Source: Heptranchias perlo (lineage: Eukaryota). Taken from it: a DNA stretch of 64,000 nt. The notes below the pieces were generated by a model. It was not told the origin of the DNA and did no database searches. It saw only the letters and a program-made list of their open reading frames with translations. The stretch lies in the NCBI RefSeq assembly GCF_035084215.1, contig NC_090335.1:32178001-32242000 (forward strand), written 5' to 3'. The position numbers and the translations under genes are program-made. Below are positions 50,815 to 62,668 of the stretch, one piece after another (positions within the stretch are counted from its first letter, which is position 1; every line of letters starts with the position of its first letter).

Positions 50815-50920
50815 CAGGATTTCTACCGTCATAATTTTTTGGGATTGCATTGGCAAAAAAAACTCTCTCTGGGGCTTTCAGCAAGAGAAGAATATATATG
50901 CACAAACAAAATATACTTAC

Positions 50921-50956
50921 CCCTGAAATTGGTACAGTAGCTAGTGACCCACATTT
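50921..50956 (-). CDS. GK: Glycerol kinase 36-nt exon: KCGSLATVPISG
   Basis: tttttaatag acceptor, GGG|gtaagt donor; corresponds to mammalian KAGALEGVPISG. Confidence 0.92.
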
Positions 50957-51797
50957 CTATTAAAAATAGAACAGAATGCAAAATATTTATCAGTGGTTGC
51001 TCACATTTTAAAGTGTTTCTGCACTTAAAAAAATAATGCAGGAACTGTATTTAAAATCTATATTCTTGACTATTTTTCTAATGCCTTATAATATATCAGA
51101 CCCCTCATATGATTTTCCTTCCCATCCCTCTCCTCCATGATCATCCAGAAAGAATGTACTTTCCACCATCAGATGCAATAGATGTGGTTCTAGTTGGTTA
51201 ATTCAGTGCCAACATACATTATTGCTTGTCCTGAGTAATGAGATAAGATCAGTTGTGTTTATAACTAACAATGGGTATTCTAAAACTTAGTTAACCAATG
51301 CCAGCAACCACCCCACCTCCAAAATACACACAATTTTTCAAACACACAAATTAACCCAAATGAATGAAAGCCCTGAATTTAACCCCCACGCTCGATGAGA
51401 ATGTACACCAAATCATGGATTTGGATGTTACCAGAATAAGAAAAGCTGCATGAAGACAATGAAATTCATTTTGATTAGCATTAAGTAACGGATATGCACT
51501 GTTATATTGGTTAAACTTAACAGGGTTTGTCTTGACAGTTTAATAGTGATCATAGAATCATAGAAAGTTATGGCACAGAAGGAGGCCATTCGGCCTATCG
51601 TGTCTGTGCTGATACTTATTGTGAGAGAAATTCTGTTGTTATCCAAGGGATATATTCATCTTTTATAGTATACGAGAAATCTGAAAAGTGAATGAACGAT
51701 ATCTTCTCTACCATAAAACTTTTTAAAGCCAATTAGCATACATTCTGTAGTTGAGTTACTAATTGGATTCTTTAAACTGTTATACATTACATTCAGG

Positions 51798-52230
51798 TTT
51801 TTGGAGGGCATTTATCCTGCGAGACTGTCGCATCCTCCCCCCAATATTCGACCCTCCCAGGAGCCTGGCACGATGGCTGATGGGGGACAAGGGATACCTC
51901 CACAGACGTGGCTCATGACAACCCTTTGCAACCCAATCATGCCTGAACTATACATTTATAATCAAGGGCCGGGGACCACCAGGGTCATTACTGAGCACAC
52001 CACAGAGATGCTGAAGCAGAGGTTTAGGTGTCTCGACAGGTCTGGGGCCACCCTTCAATATGCCCTTTAAAGAATTTCCCGTGTTGTCCTGCTGCGCTGC
52101 ATGCTGAACAACCTCACATTAGAGAGAGAGTTCTTCATTTGAAGGAGGCACAGCAACAGTAGCAGTCCTCATCGGATGAGGAAGACTGAGGGAAGGCGAG
52201 GAAGCAGCAGTAGGAGGGCCATCTCAACAC
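51798..52230 (+). pseudogene. Harbinger transposase remnant
   Basis: WLMGDKG, TWLMT and EHTTEMLKQRFRCLDRSGATLQY motifs. Confidence 0.8.
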
Positions 52231-52234
52231 CTTG

Positions 52235-52665
52235 AAAGAAAAGAAAGAACTTGCATTTATATAGGCATTTCACAACCTCAGGACGTCCCAAAGTGCTTTA
52301 CAGCTAATTAAGTACTTTTGAAGTGTAGTGACTGTTGTAATGTAGGAAACGCAGCAGCCAATTTGTGCACAGCAAAGTGGTAACGACCAGATAATCTAAT
52401 TTACAGATGTTGGTTGAGGGATAAATATTGGCCAGGACACTGGGAAGAACTCCCCTGCTCTTCTTCTAAATAGTGCAATGGGATCTTTTACATCCACCTG
52501 AGAGGGCCTCGGTTTAACGTCTCATCCGAAAAACGGCACCTCCGACAGCGCAGCACTCCCTCACTCAGTACTGAAATGTCATCCTAGATTATGTGCTCAA
52601 GTCTCTGAAGTGGGAATTGAACATACAACCTTCTGATTCAGAGGTGAGAGCGCTAGCATTAAATC
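52235..52665 (-). mobile_element. tRNA-derived DeuSINE (SacSINE1-like), near complete
   Basis: Reverse-complement homologue of 36412-36812. Confidence 0.85.
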
Positions 52666-52740
52666 AAGTAGCTTATACCTAAAACTACAATAAGAATACC
52701 TCAGTTGCTAATAATGTACAAGTAATTTGGATTGGCTCAC

Positions 52741-52807
52741 CATTAATCCATAAATTTCTGATGAACTTCTCACATCTGGGAGAATACTCATTGGAACATC
52801 AAAGAAT
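52741..52807 (-). CDS. GK: Glycerol kinase exon: FFDVPMSILPDVRSSSEIYGLM
   Basis: attctag acceptor, ATG|gtgagc donor, 67 nt; phase matches both neighbours. Confidence 0.96.
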
Positions 52808-53557
52808 CTAGAATAGCAAACAAAGTAATTGTATACCAATAAGATTGAAAGAGCCTCATTTGATGATTGAAGCAGCACTCTGCACCCAACAAGAAGATAA
52901 AAATGTCCAAATTTTGACATTTAAAAAGGTAATACAAATGCTCTATGGATATCTCTACTTCCCCTTTACAACATTATGTTCAAAAATCCACGATTGCAGC
53001 AATCACATTAATAAATATCTGTGGATGTCAAAACTTACCAAGGATATCAATTGAAAAATTGTTCCTATAAAACAATAGTCTTTAGGCTGCAGCTATTGAA
53101 CCATTTTAAGTAGATCTGAAGGTGCGCAAAAACCCATACACTTTAAAATACAAAATTAAAAAGTTTTGAAATAACAGCAGACAAATACAATTGTGCGGGG
53201 GAAAAGAGAGGGGGCTAATTTGGCTGCAAGAAGGAAGGAACAGTTAGGATAGTGGCAGTTTTTTGTTCCCCCTCTACCTGCTAGTTGAAGAAACTACCTT
53301 GCAACATAAATGACGACCAGCAGGAAAACAGAGGTGAAATCTGTACAGAAACTTGGATGAATCCAGTGTCCATTTTATATACCAAGAGGTAATGACGTAA
53401 CGCTAGTAGTGCCAAACTGACAATAGCCTTCTGTCAAAATCATTTTTTCACAACTAATTGATCTCCTGTGATGATGCACATGTACATTTTTTTAAAAAAA
53501 GTATATTTATTGTATTACACAGTATGCATATTTAAATATTTCATGCTATTCCATTGT

Positions 53558-53815
53558 TCATTCAATAGGGAATTCAGGAGAAACTTCTTTACTCAAAGAG
53601 TGGTAAGAATGTGGAAAACGCTGCCACAAGGAGCAGTTGAGGCAAATAGCACAGATGCATTTAAGTAGAGGCTAGATAAGCACATGAAGGAGAAAGGAAT
53701 AGAAGGGTATCCTAATAGGGGTAGATGAAGTAGGATGGAGGAGGCTCGTGTGGAGCATAAATGCCGGCATAGACCAGTTGGGCCGAACGGTCTGCTTCTG
53801 TAGTTTCGATGTAAT
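53558..53815 (+). mobile_element. CR1 3' end fragment
   Basis: NREFRRNFFTQRVVRMW plus the 3' tail. Confidence 0.85.
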
Positions 53816-54747
53816 TTGATGTGACTCATCTTTCTTTGCACTGCTCTCTATTAATTAACTTTATAAGAAAAGGGAAGAAAATGCTGAGCCCTCCAAATAT
53901 TTATCCTATTATTATTCATGACCCTGCAACATATTTTTGAAGGTAATTTTTTTTGCAACACAAGAAATGACAACTGAAACTGCTCCATGAAATCACTTAT
54001 CGTTGTGATGCCATTCCTTGTTACAGTCAAGTGACTACCAGGGTCCAATAAGCAACAGTTACCACATAATAACTCAGTCACATTCTTCTCTCAGACCAAT
54101 TACAGCGCTCAAAAATAATCTTCAAGGGATGAAAGAAACACTTGCATATAGAACGTTATCACATCCCTCAGAAAACTCCCAAAGCACCTCACACAATGAA
54201 TTACTTTGAAAAGAAATAAAATAAATTATAAATAAATCAAACACACACACACAAACAAATAAAAAACAAATGAACATTTTAGATTCTTCAATGACATACA
54301 ATAGTTACTGCAAATATTTGAAGCAGAGGAAGATACATGGCTATGGGGGGGCAGTGGAATTAGTTTTGAATTCCTCAAGTAAAGACCCAGCACATACACA
54401 GTGGGCCAAATGGAATCTTTTCATGCTATAAACTTCTATTTATTGGCTACATGAAAATGAACACCCTTAAAATTTGAAATGCTGCTCATAGTTGTCCTCA
54501 CTCAGCTAACAGTGCATAAAAATCTCCATTTCAATTGTTAAATTTAACATACTACCAGAAAAAATAACTATTCAAAGTCAGTCTGAACAAAATATAAGTT
54601 TGCAAATTTGCAGAGCAGCATCTCATAACAAGTTTAAAAGCTAGCCAACATGCACAAAACCAAAATGCCTATTCAGTTCCTCTGTACCCTGATCATGATT
54701 GTAATCACTCAATACAATAATGGAAATATGTCATTAGATGCAACTTA

Positions 54748-54858
<111 letters not shown>

Positions 54859-55793
54859 CTAAAGCAGACAGCACCTTCATTATCAAAGCAACAGATAAAA
54901 TAAACAAAGCTTTACATTTTATTACAAGCCTAATGACACTGAATGAAGGGTCCAACTTTTTGTAATAGTCATTTTCACAGTGAGTACTGTGGTAGGAATC
55001 TTTGTCTATACCTTCTTTCTAAAAAAGACAATTCCAATAGGGACATATTTGTCTGGTGGTTTTAGTACTGTTTCAGATCAGACTTCAAGATTAAAATTTT
55101 GAGTACTTGGAGCAAGGATTGATTTGCAGCATAGATCACTCAATTCAGAATGGCATCGAGGTCAGAATTATTCTCTGAACAGGCCAATGTTTTCATTGTT
55201 TTTATTCATCCTAAACTGCATTACAAATGTCAAAAAACAATTTTTTTTCAGGCAACACAGTGGTATTGCACATTAGAGCCATTCTCATACCAGTTTAGAG
55301 CAACAGTGGAGAGATAGAGTAGGTTGGGTTAAAGGCAAAAATCAGAAAAGAAACATTTTCATAACATTGCAAAAGAAAAGGCAAACAGTAATGGGGTGTA
55401 GATAACAATCTTCCAAAAAAGTAGCATTTTCTGAACTAAATTAATTTCTATAGGATTTCACATTCAGATAAGTATATAAAACATTGTGAGATCAGTTGTA
55501 GCCAAAAAAGCGCACTGCTCTAACTTCAGCATATTAGTTATTTTAAGCCATGCAAAATTGGCATTTTAATGCCATAAGAATCAAAATCTAAAGCCTATAT
55601 TTCTTGCATACAAATCTTAGTTTAAATAAAGGCCATTATTCCAACCACATCTTGCTCCTTTTCTAGTGTTTTTTCACGGCTTATGCACCGAACCAATATA
55701 CAAATATTTCATAAAAAAACAACTGAATAAGAATTGATCAGAACATTTTCCTGAATGGGTTGCTTGAAGTTTCAATAGTATCAGTAGCTTTAC

Positions 55794-55931
55794 CCATATA
55801 AGCCAAGAATCAACTGTTCCAAACATAGCCCGGTTATCCGCCACTGCTTGCTTAACTTGATCCACATTATCCAGAAGCCACCTTAGTTTCACAGCACTGA
55901 AATAGGTGCTGATTGGAAGGCCAGTTTTTGC
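55794..55931 (-). CDS. GK: Glycerol kinase exon: [46 protein letters not shown]
   Basis: tcgttttag acceptor, TGG|gtaaag donor, 138 nt; carries the FGGY kinase signature [13 protein letters not shown]. Confidence 0.97.
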
Positions 55932-56439
55932 CTAAAACGAAAATCAAAATCAAAAGAAACCAAAAAGGTTAGTCATATAAAAGCCCACTCAGTTACAGTT
56001 TTAATACAAGTTTTGTACACATACTGAAAGCTAAGTCTGTGAATAAAAACAGTGCAACATATCTGCAATTGGCATATTTGCGACAAATGAGAAATACAAT
56101 TAATACATGTCTTGGGATCACTTTTAGTTGGAAAGGTACGAATTGCTACCTAGACAGCAACTTCTATATTCAGATTTCCCAAGAATCGCTCTGTGTGGTT
56201 GTGAAAGTACTTTTGCTTGCATCACTATATTCAGGTGTTAATAATCATTATTAGCCAAATGTAAATTTTGTGAATAGTTGCCTAATCTACTGCATGAACA
56301 TATAGAAAATCTTCTCTATAGGTAGAACATGAACAAAACTTTAGGGGACTTAAGCACGGACATTTTGACCTTATAAAAAAAATACTTTTGAAACAAGCAA
56401 ATGCCAAACCTACACTGGAGTCACTGATAAATCCCTCAC

Positions 56440-56519
56440 CTGAAGGACGTTTTTGTCTTTCCCTGGTGCACTGTTGATCAGTTTTTCTACAGTTGGCTGT
56501 GTCCGAAGGTCAAGCCACA
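56440..56519 (-). CDS. GK: Glycerol kinase exon, most 5' exon in window: (V)WLDLRTQPTVEKLINSAPGKDKNVLQ
   Basis: Acceptor tttttctcatcag, donor CAG|gtgagg, 80 nt; WLDLRT matches vertebrate GK. Confidence 0.93.
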
Positions 56520-58530
56520 CTGATGAGAAAAACACATACAAATATGCCGTAAGTGCAACACTAGTATTGCAAAGGACAATTAGGCAATTGATACAACAGT
56601 TTGATAGCCATTAGATCATTGGGGAGCAAATTATTTTGGCAAACATTAACGTTTAAAATCATATGTATTCCCCTGCCTATGAGCCATTTTAAAGCGCAAG
56701 CAGGAATTTGCCCAGTTATTAACAATCCAACGATAACTCAGCTTAATGAATCACTAAAAGAAAAAGGTCTTGAACTGAAACAGAATGTGTATACCTCATT
56801 ACTCCTACTTTCAGAGATTATACAGCACCATCATTTAGTCACAAGTTTAGGTACTTAAGATGTCTGTTACCTCCACCAGCACTCTGAAATAACAAAAGTT
56901 TCAACTATTCTGACAAAAGCTCATACTGATAATCCAGAATTGATGCAAGTTTAAAAATGAAAGTCACCTTTTTTTCCTCTAGCAACATGGCCAGAATACA
57001 CCTAAACACCGAACTTTCTATATTTTTCGACAACAAAAATGTCAAAACATCTACTCAGAAACACAGCATATCTGTAAAAGCAACAATAAAATAAAATAAT
57101 GGAAATATGTTTGAATACTCTGCTTCATGTGTTTCATTTACAAGACATCACTGGACATTAGAATTTCTGAATTATCCAATTAAGGGTAATTTTCTGAGGA
57201 TACACTGCTGGAATGAAACGTCACCCATCCCTACTGCATTTCAGAGAATATTGAGTGAGGTTCTCCAGTGCCATGTGCACTTGGAAAATTTTGTGCTGTT
57301 TTAATGTAAAATGTACACATTCGAAGACCATTAAAAAGTGTCTTAATATCAAGTGGTCATTTCAGAATTGAGAATTGACATACTTTGCAGCCAAGAAAGT
57401 GTTGTGCAATAACGTCTATGTAATGAATTATACTGGCCTAGGCCACAGCAAAGCAGTGTTTTTTTTGCACAATTTGACTGCACTATCTATTCTTATTTTA
57501 AAAAGGTACAACTGTGCAGTGAAGTATTAATGCTCAACACATGGATTTGAATGGTGAGGGTGTGAACCCACCATCTTCACTCACAGAAACAGAATCCCAA
57601 CTTAACTCAATACAATGCTGCAATGTATCAAATTGGACTTGCACAGGATTTCTATGAGTGAAGTTGGTCCTTAATCCCTTATGTACTGCGGTAGAATTCA
57701 AGAAGCCAATACCAAGCTAAATCCTAGACAGAAATGCTTCATTTTTGTCACCGTATCCTCCAAAGGCTCCACTGTACACAGCTCAGTAACGGGAAAAAAC
57801 ATTTACACTGTGGAATTTAATTCACTGAGTAAAATAAGAGTCACTAATTATTTTCCCTTTTACATAGAGTTGTGGTACGCCACCTTGAAGCATCAATGCA
57901 TGATTACACAGATGCAGCATATGCTGATAACATTGATGGAAATGGCTTAAAGGGAGTTAACAAGTTAACAGTATGAGGATAGAATTAACACTCACAGCTG
58001 AAACAGTCTTGGTTCACATTATTAACTGAAGTTAATTCAGTTGCTTCACACAGTCAAGCTAAATACATCCAAGACAGTGTCCTCTAATTAAAACTGGTCT
58101 TCATAATTCTTGCAATTTGATTTGATTTGTTCATGGTTTTGTGTTAAATTTTTGATGTCTCCTTTCAAAGTAAGGAGAAAAAAGAATCACGGTGGGTTTT
58201 GAGCTATCAGTCTATTGCATTTCCTAACTGTAGGAAATAACATTACATCAGCAACCACCAAATCCATGACATTTCATAGAATCATAGAAAATTTACTGCA
58301 CAGAAAGAGGCCATTTGGCCCATCGTGTCGCGCCAGCTGAAAATGAGTTACCCAGCCTAATCCCACTTTCCAGCAGTTGGCCTGTAGCCTTGTAGGTTAT
58401 GGCAGGTCAGGTGCATATCCAGGTACTTTTTAGTTGAGGGTTTCTGCCTCTACCACCTTTTCAGGCAATCAGTTCCAGACCCCTACCACCCTCTGGGTGA
58501 AAATTAGGGGGGAGCTGAGGAAAAAAAATT

Positions 58531-59140
58531 AAGAACAGGAGTAGGCCATTCGACCCCTCGAGCCTGCTCCGCCATTTGATAAGATCATGGCTGATCTGAT
58601 TGTGACCTCAACCCAATTTTCCATCTACCTACTTTAACCTTTGACTCCCTTGTTAATCAGGAATCTATCTAACTCAGCCTTAAAAATATTCAATGACCTT
58701 GCCTCCACCACTTTCTGGAGAAGGGAGTTCCACAGACTCATGACCCTCAGGGAAAAAAATTCTCCTCATCTCCGTCGCAAATGGGAGACCCCTTATTTTT
58801 AAACTGTGTCCCTAGTTCTAGTCTCTCCTACAATGGGGAACATCCTCTCAGCATCTACCCCTTCTAGTCCCCTTAGGATCTTATATGTTTCAATAAGATC
58901 ACATCTCATTCTTCTAAACTCCAGTGTATACAGGCCCAACTTATCCAACCTTTCTTCATAAGATAACCCCTCATCCTAGGAATCAGTCGAGTGAACCTTC
59001 TCTAAATCGCCACTAAAACAATTATGTCCTTTCTTAAATAAGGAAACCAAAACTGCACACAGTATTCTAGATGTGGTCTTACCAATGCCCTGTACAACCA
59101 AAGCAAAACATCTCTACTTTTATATTCCATTCCCCTTGCA
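58531..59140 (-). mobile_element. Nested CR1 3' fragment
   Basis: GMEYKSRDVLLWLYRALVRPHLEYCVQFW through its own 3' tail. Confidence 0.88.
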
Positions 59141-59648
59141 ATCCTTCTACCAATTACTTTAAATCTATGCACCCTGGTTATTGACCTCTCTGCGAAGGGA
59201 AATAGGTCCTCCCTATTCACTCTATCTAGGCCCCTCATAATTTTGTACACCTCAATTAAGTCACCCCTCATCCTTCTCTGTTCCAAAGAAAACAACCCCA
59301 GCCTATCCAATCTTTCCTCATAGCTAAAATTCTCCAGTTCTGGCAACATCCTCATAAATCTCCTCTGTACCCTCTCTAGTGCAATTACATCCTTCCTGTA
59401 ATGTGGTGAACAGAACTGTATGCAGTACTCAAGCTGTGGCATAACTAGTTTTATTATACAATTCTAGCATAACCTCCCTGCTCTTATATTCCAAGCCTCA
59501 GTTAATAAAAGAAAGTATTCCATATGCCTTCTTAACCACCTTATCTACCTGTCCTGCTACCTTCAGGATCTGTAGACAAGCACTCCAAGGTCCTTCACTT
59601 CCTCTACAACTCTACAACCAGTTCTTTACCCAAACACACGGAACAGCC

Positions 59649-60827
59649 ATGGGGACCAAATTCGCACCCCAATACACCAACATTTTCATGCACAAGTTCG
59701 AGCAGGACTTCTTCACTGCACAGGACCTCCAACCAACGCTATACACCAGATACATCGACGACATTTTCTTTCTATGGACCCACGGCGAAGAATCACTAAA
59801 GAGACTACACGATAACATCAACAAGTTCCATCCCACCATCAAGCTCACCATGGACTACTCCTCAGAATCAGTTTCTTTCTTGGACACACGAATCTCCATC
59901 AAAGACGGGCACCTCAGCACCTCACTCTACCACAAGCCCACGGACAACCTCACGATGCTCCACTTTTCCAGCTTCCACCCTAACCACGTCAAAGAGGCCA
60001 TCCCCTATGGACAGGCCCTGCGAATACACAGGGTCTGCTCAGACGAGGAGGAACGCGATGGACACCTACAGACGCTGAAAGACGCCCTAGTAAGAACGGG
60101 ATGTGACGCTCGACTCATCAATCGACAGTTCCGACGGGCCACAGCGAAAAATTGCATAGACCTCCTGAGAAGACTAACACGGGATGCAACCAACAGAGTA
60201 CCCTTCGTCGTCCAGTACTTCCCCGGAGCGGAGAAACTACGCCATGTTCTCCGCAGCCTTCAACATGTCATCAATGACGACGAACACCTCGCTATGGCCA
60301 TCCCCACACCTCCACTACTCGCCTTTAAACAGCCACACAACCTCAAACAGACCATCGTTCGCAGCAAATTACCCAGGTTTCAGGAGAACAGCGTCCATGA
60401 CACCACACAACCCTGCCACGGTAACCTCTGCAAGACATGCCAGATCATCGACACAGATACCACCATCACACGAGAGGACACCACCCACCAGGTGCATGGT
60501 TCATACTCCTGTGACTCGGCCAACGTTGTCTACCTCATACGTTGCAGGAAAGGATGCCCCAGAGCATGGTACATTGGCGAGACCATGCAGACGCTGCGAC
60601 AACGGATGAACCGCGCAACAATCGCCAGACAGGAGGGTTCCCTCCCAGTCGGGGAACACTTCAGCAGTCAAGGACATCCAGCCACCGACCTTCGGGTAAG
60701 CGTACTCCAAGGCAGCCTTCGAGACACACGACAACGCAAAATGGTCGAGCAGAAATTGATGGCCAAGTTCCGCACCCATGAGGACGGCCTCAACCGGGAT
60801 CTTGGGTTCATGTCACGCTACACGTAA
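59649..60827 (+). CDS. Penelope ORF, C-terminal part: RT palm/thumb and GIY-YIG endonuclease (N-terminally truncated)
   Basis: GTAMG, RYIDDIF, VSFLD, LYHKPTD, SFHP, CxxxxCxxC, VVYLIRC..WYIGET; 392 uninterrupted codons. Confidence 0.93.
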   Translation: MGTKFAPQYTNIFMHKFEQDFFTAQDLQPTLYTRYIDDIFFLWTHGEESLKRLHDNINKFHPTIKLTMDYSSESVSFLDTRISIKDGHLSTSLYHKPTDNLTMLHFSSFHPNHVKEAIPYGQALRIHRVCSDEEERDGHLQTLKDALVRTGCDARLINRQFRRATAKNCIDLLRRLTRDATNRVPFVVQYFPGAEKLRHVLRSLQHVINDDEHLAMAIPTPPLLAFKQPHNLKQTIVRSKLPRFQENSVHDTTQPCHGNLCKTCQIIDTDTTITREDTTHQVHGSYSCDSANVVYLIRCRKGCPRAWYIGETMQTLRQRMNRATIARQEGSLPVGEHFSSQGHPATDLRVSVLQGSLRDTRQRKMVEQKLMAKFRTHEDGLNRDLGFMSRYT

Positions 60828-61097
60828 CCCCACCAGCGAACAAAAGTTATCTGTTTTTAATATAACGGGTCATTTTCTGTCGTTCTCTTCCTTCCGGATG
60901 TTTCTATGTTTCTGCCTCTCTCTCTCTCTGTTTTTTTTTTTTGGTTGTTTGTATATTCGGTGGCCCTGTAAGTAAAACTTCTCTGTCTGAACGCTTTGAT
61001 TGCCTTGGCAACGGGCAGTTGGAAAGACTATCTGTAATCACCAGGTATTGTTCTGTGATTTATAAATGCGAAAGGTTCGAGGATTTCATTTCCACAT

Positions 61098-61134
61098 TCA
61101 CCTGAGGAAGGAGGAAGCCTCCGAAAGCTTGTGA
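61098..61134 (+). ncRNA. Minimal type I hammerhead ribozyme motif in the Penelope pLTR
   Basis: tcac-CTGAGGA-a-ggagg/aag/cctcc-GAAA-gc-TT-gtga: conserved core, stem I and stem II, with stem III reduced to the palindrome AGCT. Confidence 0.8.
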
Positions 61135-61569
61135 TTTTCAAATACAATTGTTGGACTATAACTTGGTGTTGTAAAATTGTTTACAATTGTCAACCCCAGT
61201 CCATCACCGACATCTCCACATCACATATAGAACTCTCAGTATCCTCCCATTTATTGGGTATTCCCTTGCCTTGCTTGCCCTCCCCAAATGCATTACCTCA
61301 CACTTCTCCCAGATTGAATTCCATTGCCACTTTTCTGCCCACCTGATCAGTCCATTGATATCTTCCTGCAGTCCACAGCTTTCCTCCTCACTATCAACCA
61401 CACCGCCAATTTTTGTACCATCTGCAAACTTCTTAATCATGCCCCCTACATCTAAGTCCAAATCATTAATATATACCACAAAAAGCAAGGGACCTAGTAC
61501 TGAGCCCTGTGGAACCCCATTGGAAACAGCCTTCCAGTCAGAAAAGCATGCGTCGGCCATTACCCTTTA

Positions 61570-62114
61570 GAGTCATAGAATCATAGAAAGGTTACAGCAC
61601 GGAAGGAGGCCATTCGGCCCATCGAGTCCGCGCCAGCTCTATGCAAGAGCAATCCAGCTAGTCCCACTCCCCTGCCCTTTCCCCGTAGCCCTGCAAATAT
61701 TTTCCTTTCAAATACTTATCCAGTTCCCTAATGAAGGCCATGATTGAATCTGCCTCCACCGCCCCCTCAGGCAGTGCATTCCACATCCTAACCACTGGCT
61801 ATGTAAAAAAGTTTTTCCTCATGTCACCTTTGGTTCTTTTGCCAATCATCTTAAATCTATGTCCTCTGGTCCTTGGCCCTTCCGCCAATGGGAACAGTTT
61901 CTCTCTATCTACTCTGTCTGGACCCTTCATGATCTTGAATACTTCTATCAAATCTCCTCGCAACCTTCTCTGTTCCAAGGAGAACAACCCCAGTTTCTCC
62001 AGTCTATCCATGTAACTAAAGTCCCTCATCCCTGGAATCATTCTAGTAAATCTCTTCTGCACTCTCTCTAAGGTCTTCACATCTTTCCTGAAGTGCGGTG
62101 CCCAGAACTGGACC
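61570..62114 (-). mobile_element. Nested young CR1 3' fragment
   Basis: VQFWAPHFRKDVKTLERVQKRFTRMIPG through an (ttctatga)n tail. Confidence 0.9.
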
Positions 62115-62468
62115 AATTGAGCCAATTTTGGATCCAACTTGCCACTTTCCTTTGGATCCCATGGGGTTGTACTTTTTTGACCAGTCTGCCACGTGAGACC
62201 TTGTCAAAAGCCTCGCTAATATCCATGTAGACTACATCAAATGCACCTCCCTCATTGAATTTTTTGAGGTGGTAACAAGGAGGGTCAATTAAGTTAGTCA
62301 GACACAACCTTTCTTTAACATATCCGTCCTTGATTACTCCATGCCTTTCTAAGTGACAGTTTATCCTGTCCTTCAGAATTGATTCCAATAATTTGCCCAC
62401 CATCGAGATTAGATTGACTGGCCTGTAAACACTCGGTCTTATCCCTCACTCCTTTTTAAACAATGTTA

Positions 62469-62668
62469 GAACATAAGAAAATAAGAAACAGGAGCAGGAG
62501 TAGGCCATCCGGCCCCTCGAGCCTGCTCTGCCATTCAACAAGATCATGGCTTATCTTTTACCTCAACACCATTTTCCTGCACCATCCCCATATCCCTTGT
62601 GCCTTTAATATCTAGAAATCTATTGATCTCTGTTTTGAATGTACTCAATGAATGAGCCTCCACAGCCC
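62469..62668 (-). mobile_element. CR1 3' tail fragment
   Basis: aacataagaaa...ggagtaggccatccggcccctcgagcctgc. Confidence 0.8.

Larger units (their letters stand above)
59614..61224 (+). mobile_element. 5'-truncated Penelope-like retroelement with 3' pLTR
   Basis: Interrupts the CR1 at a near-duplicated site, tacaactct (59605-59613) / tagaactct (61228-61236). Confidence 0.95.
58275..62468 (-). mobile_element. CR1 LINE (RT to 3' end) split into four collinear pieces by three younger insertions
   Basis: Pieces at about 58275-58530, 59141-59613, 61231-61568 and 62115-62468 are collinear in ORF2. Confidence 0.88.

Noticed and set aside
51432-51445. ag..gtaac-bounded segment considered as the GK microexon
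   Set aside because: It is 14 nt, breaks the frame and does not resemble KISHSV.
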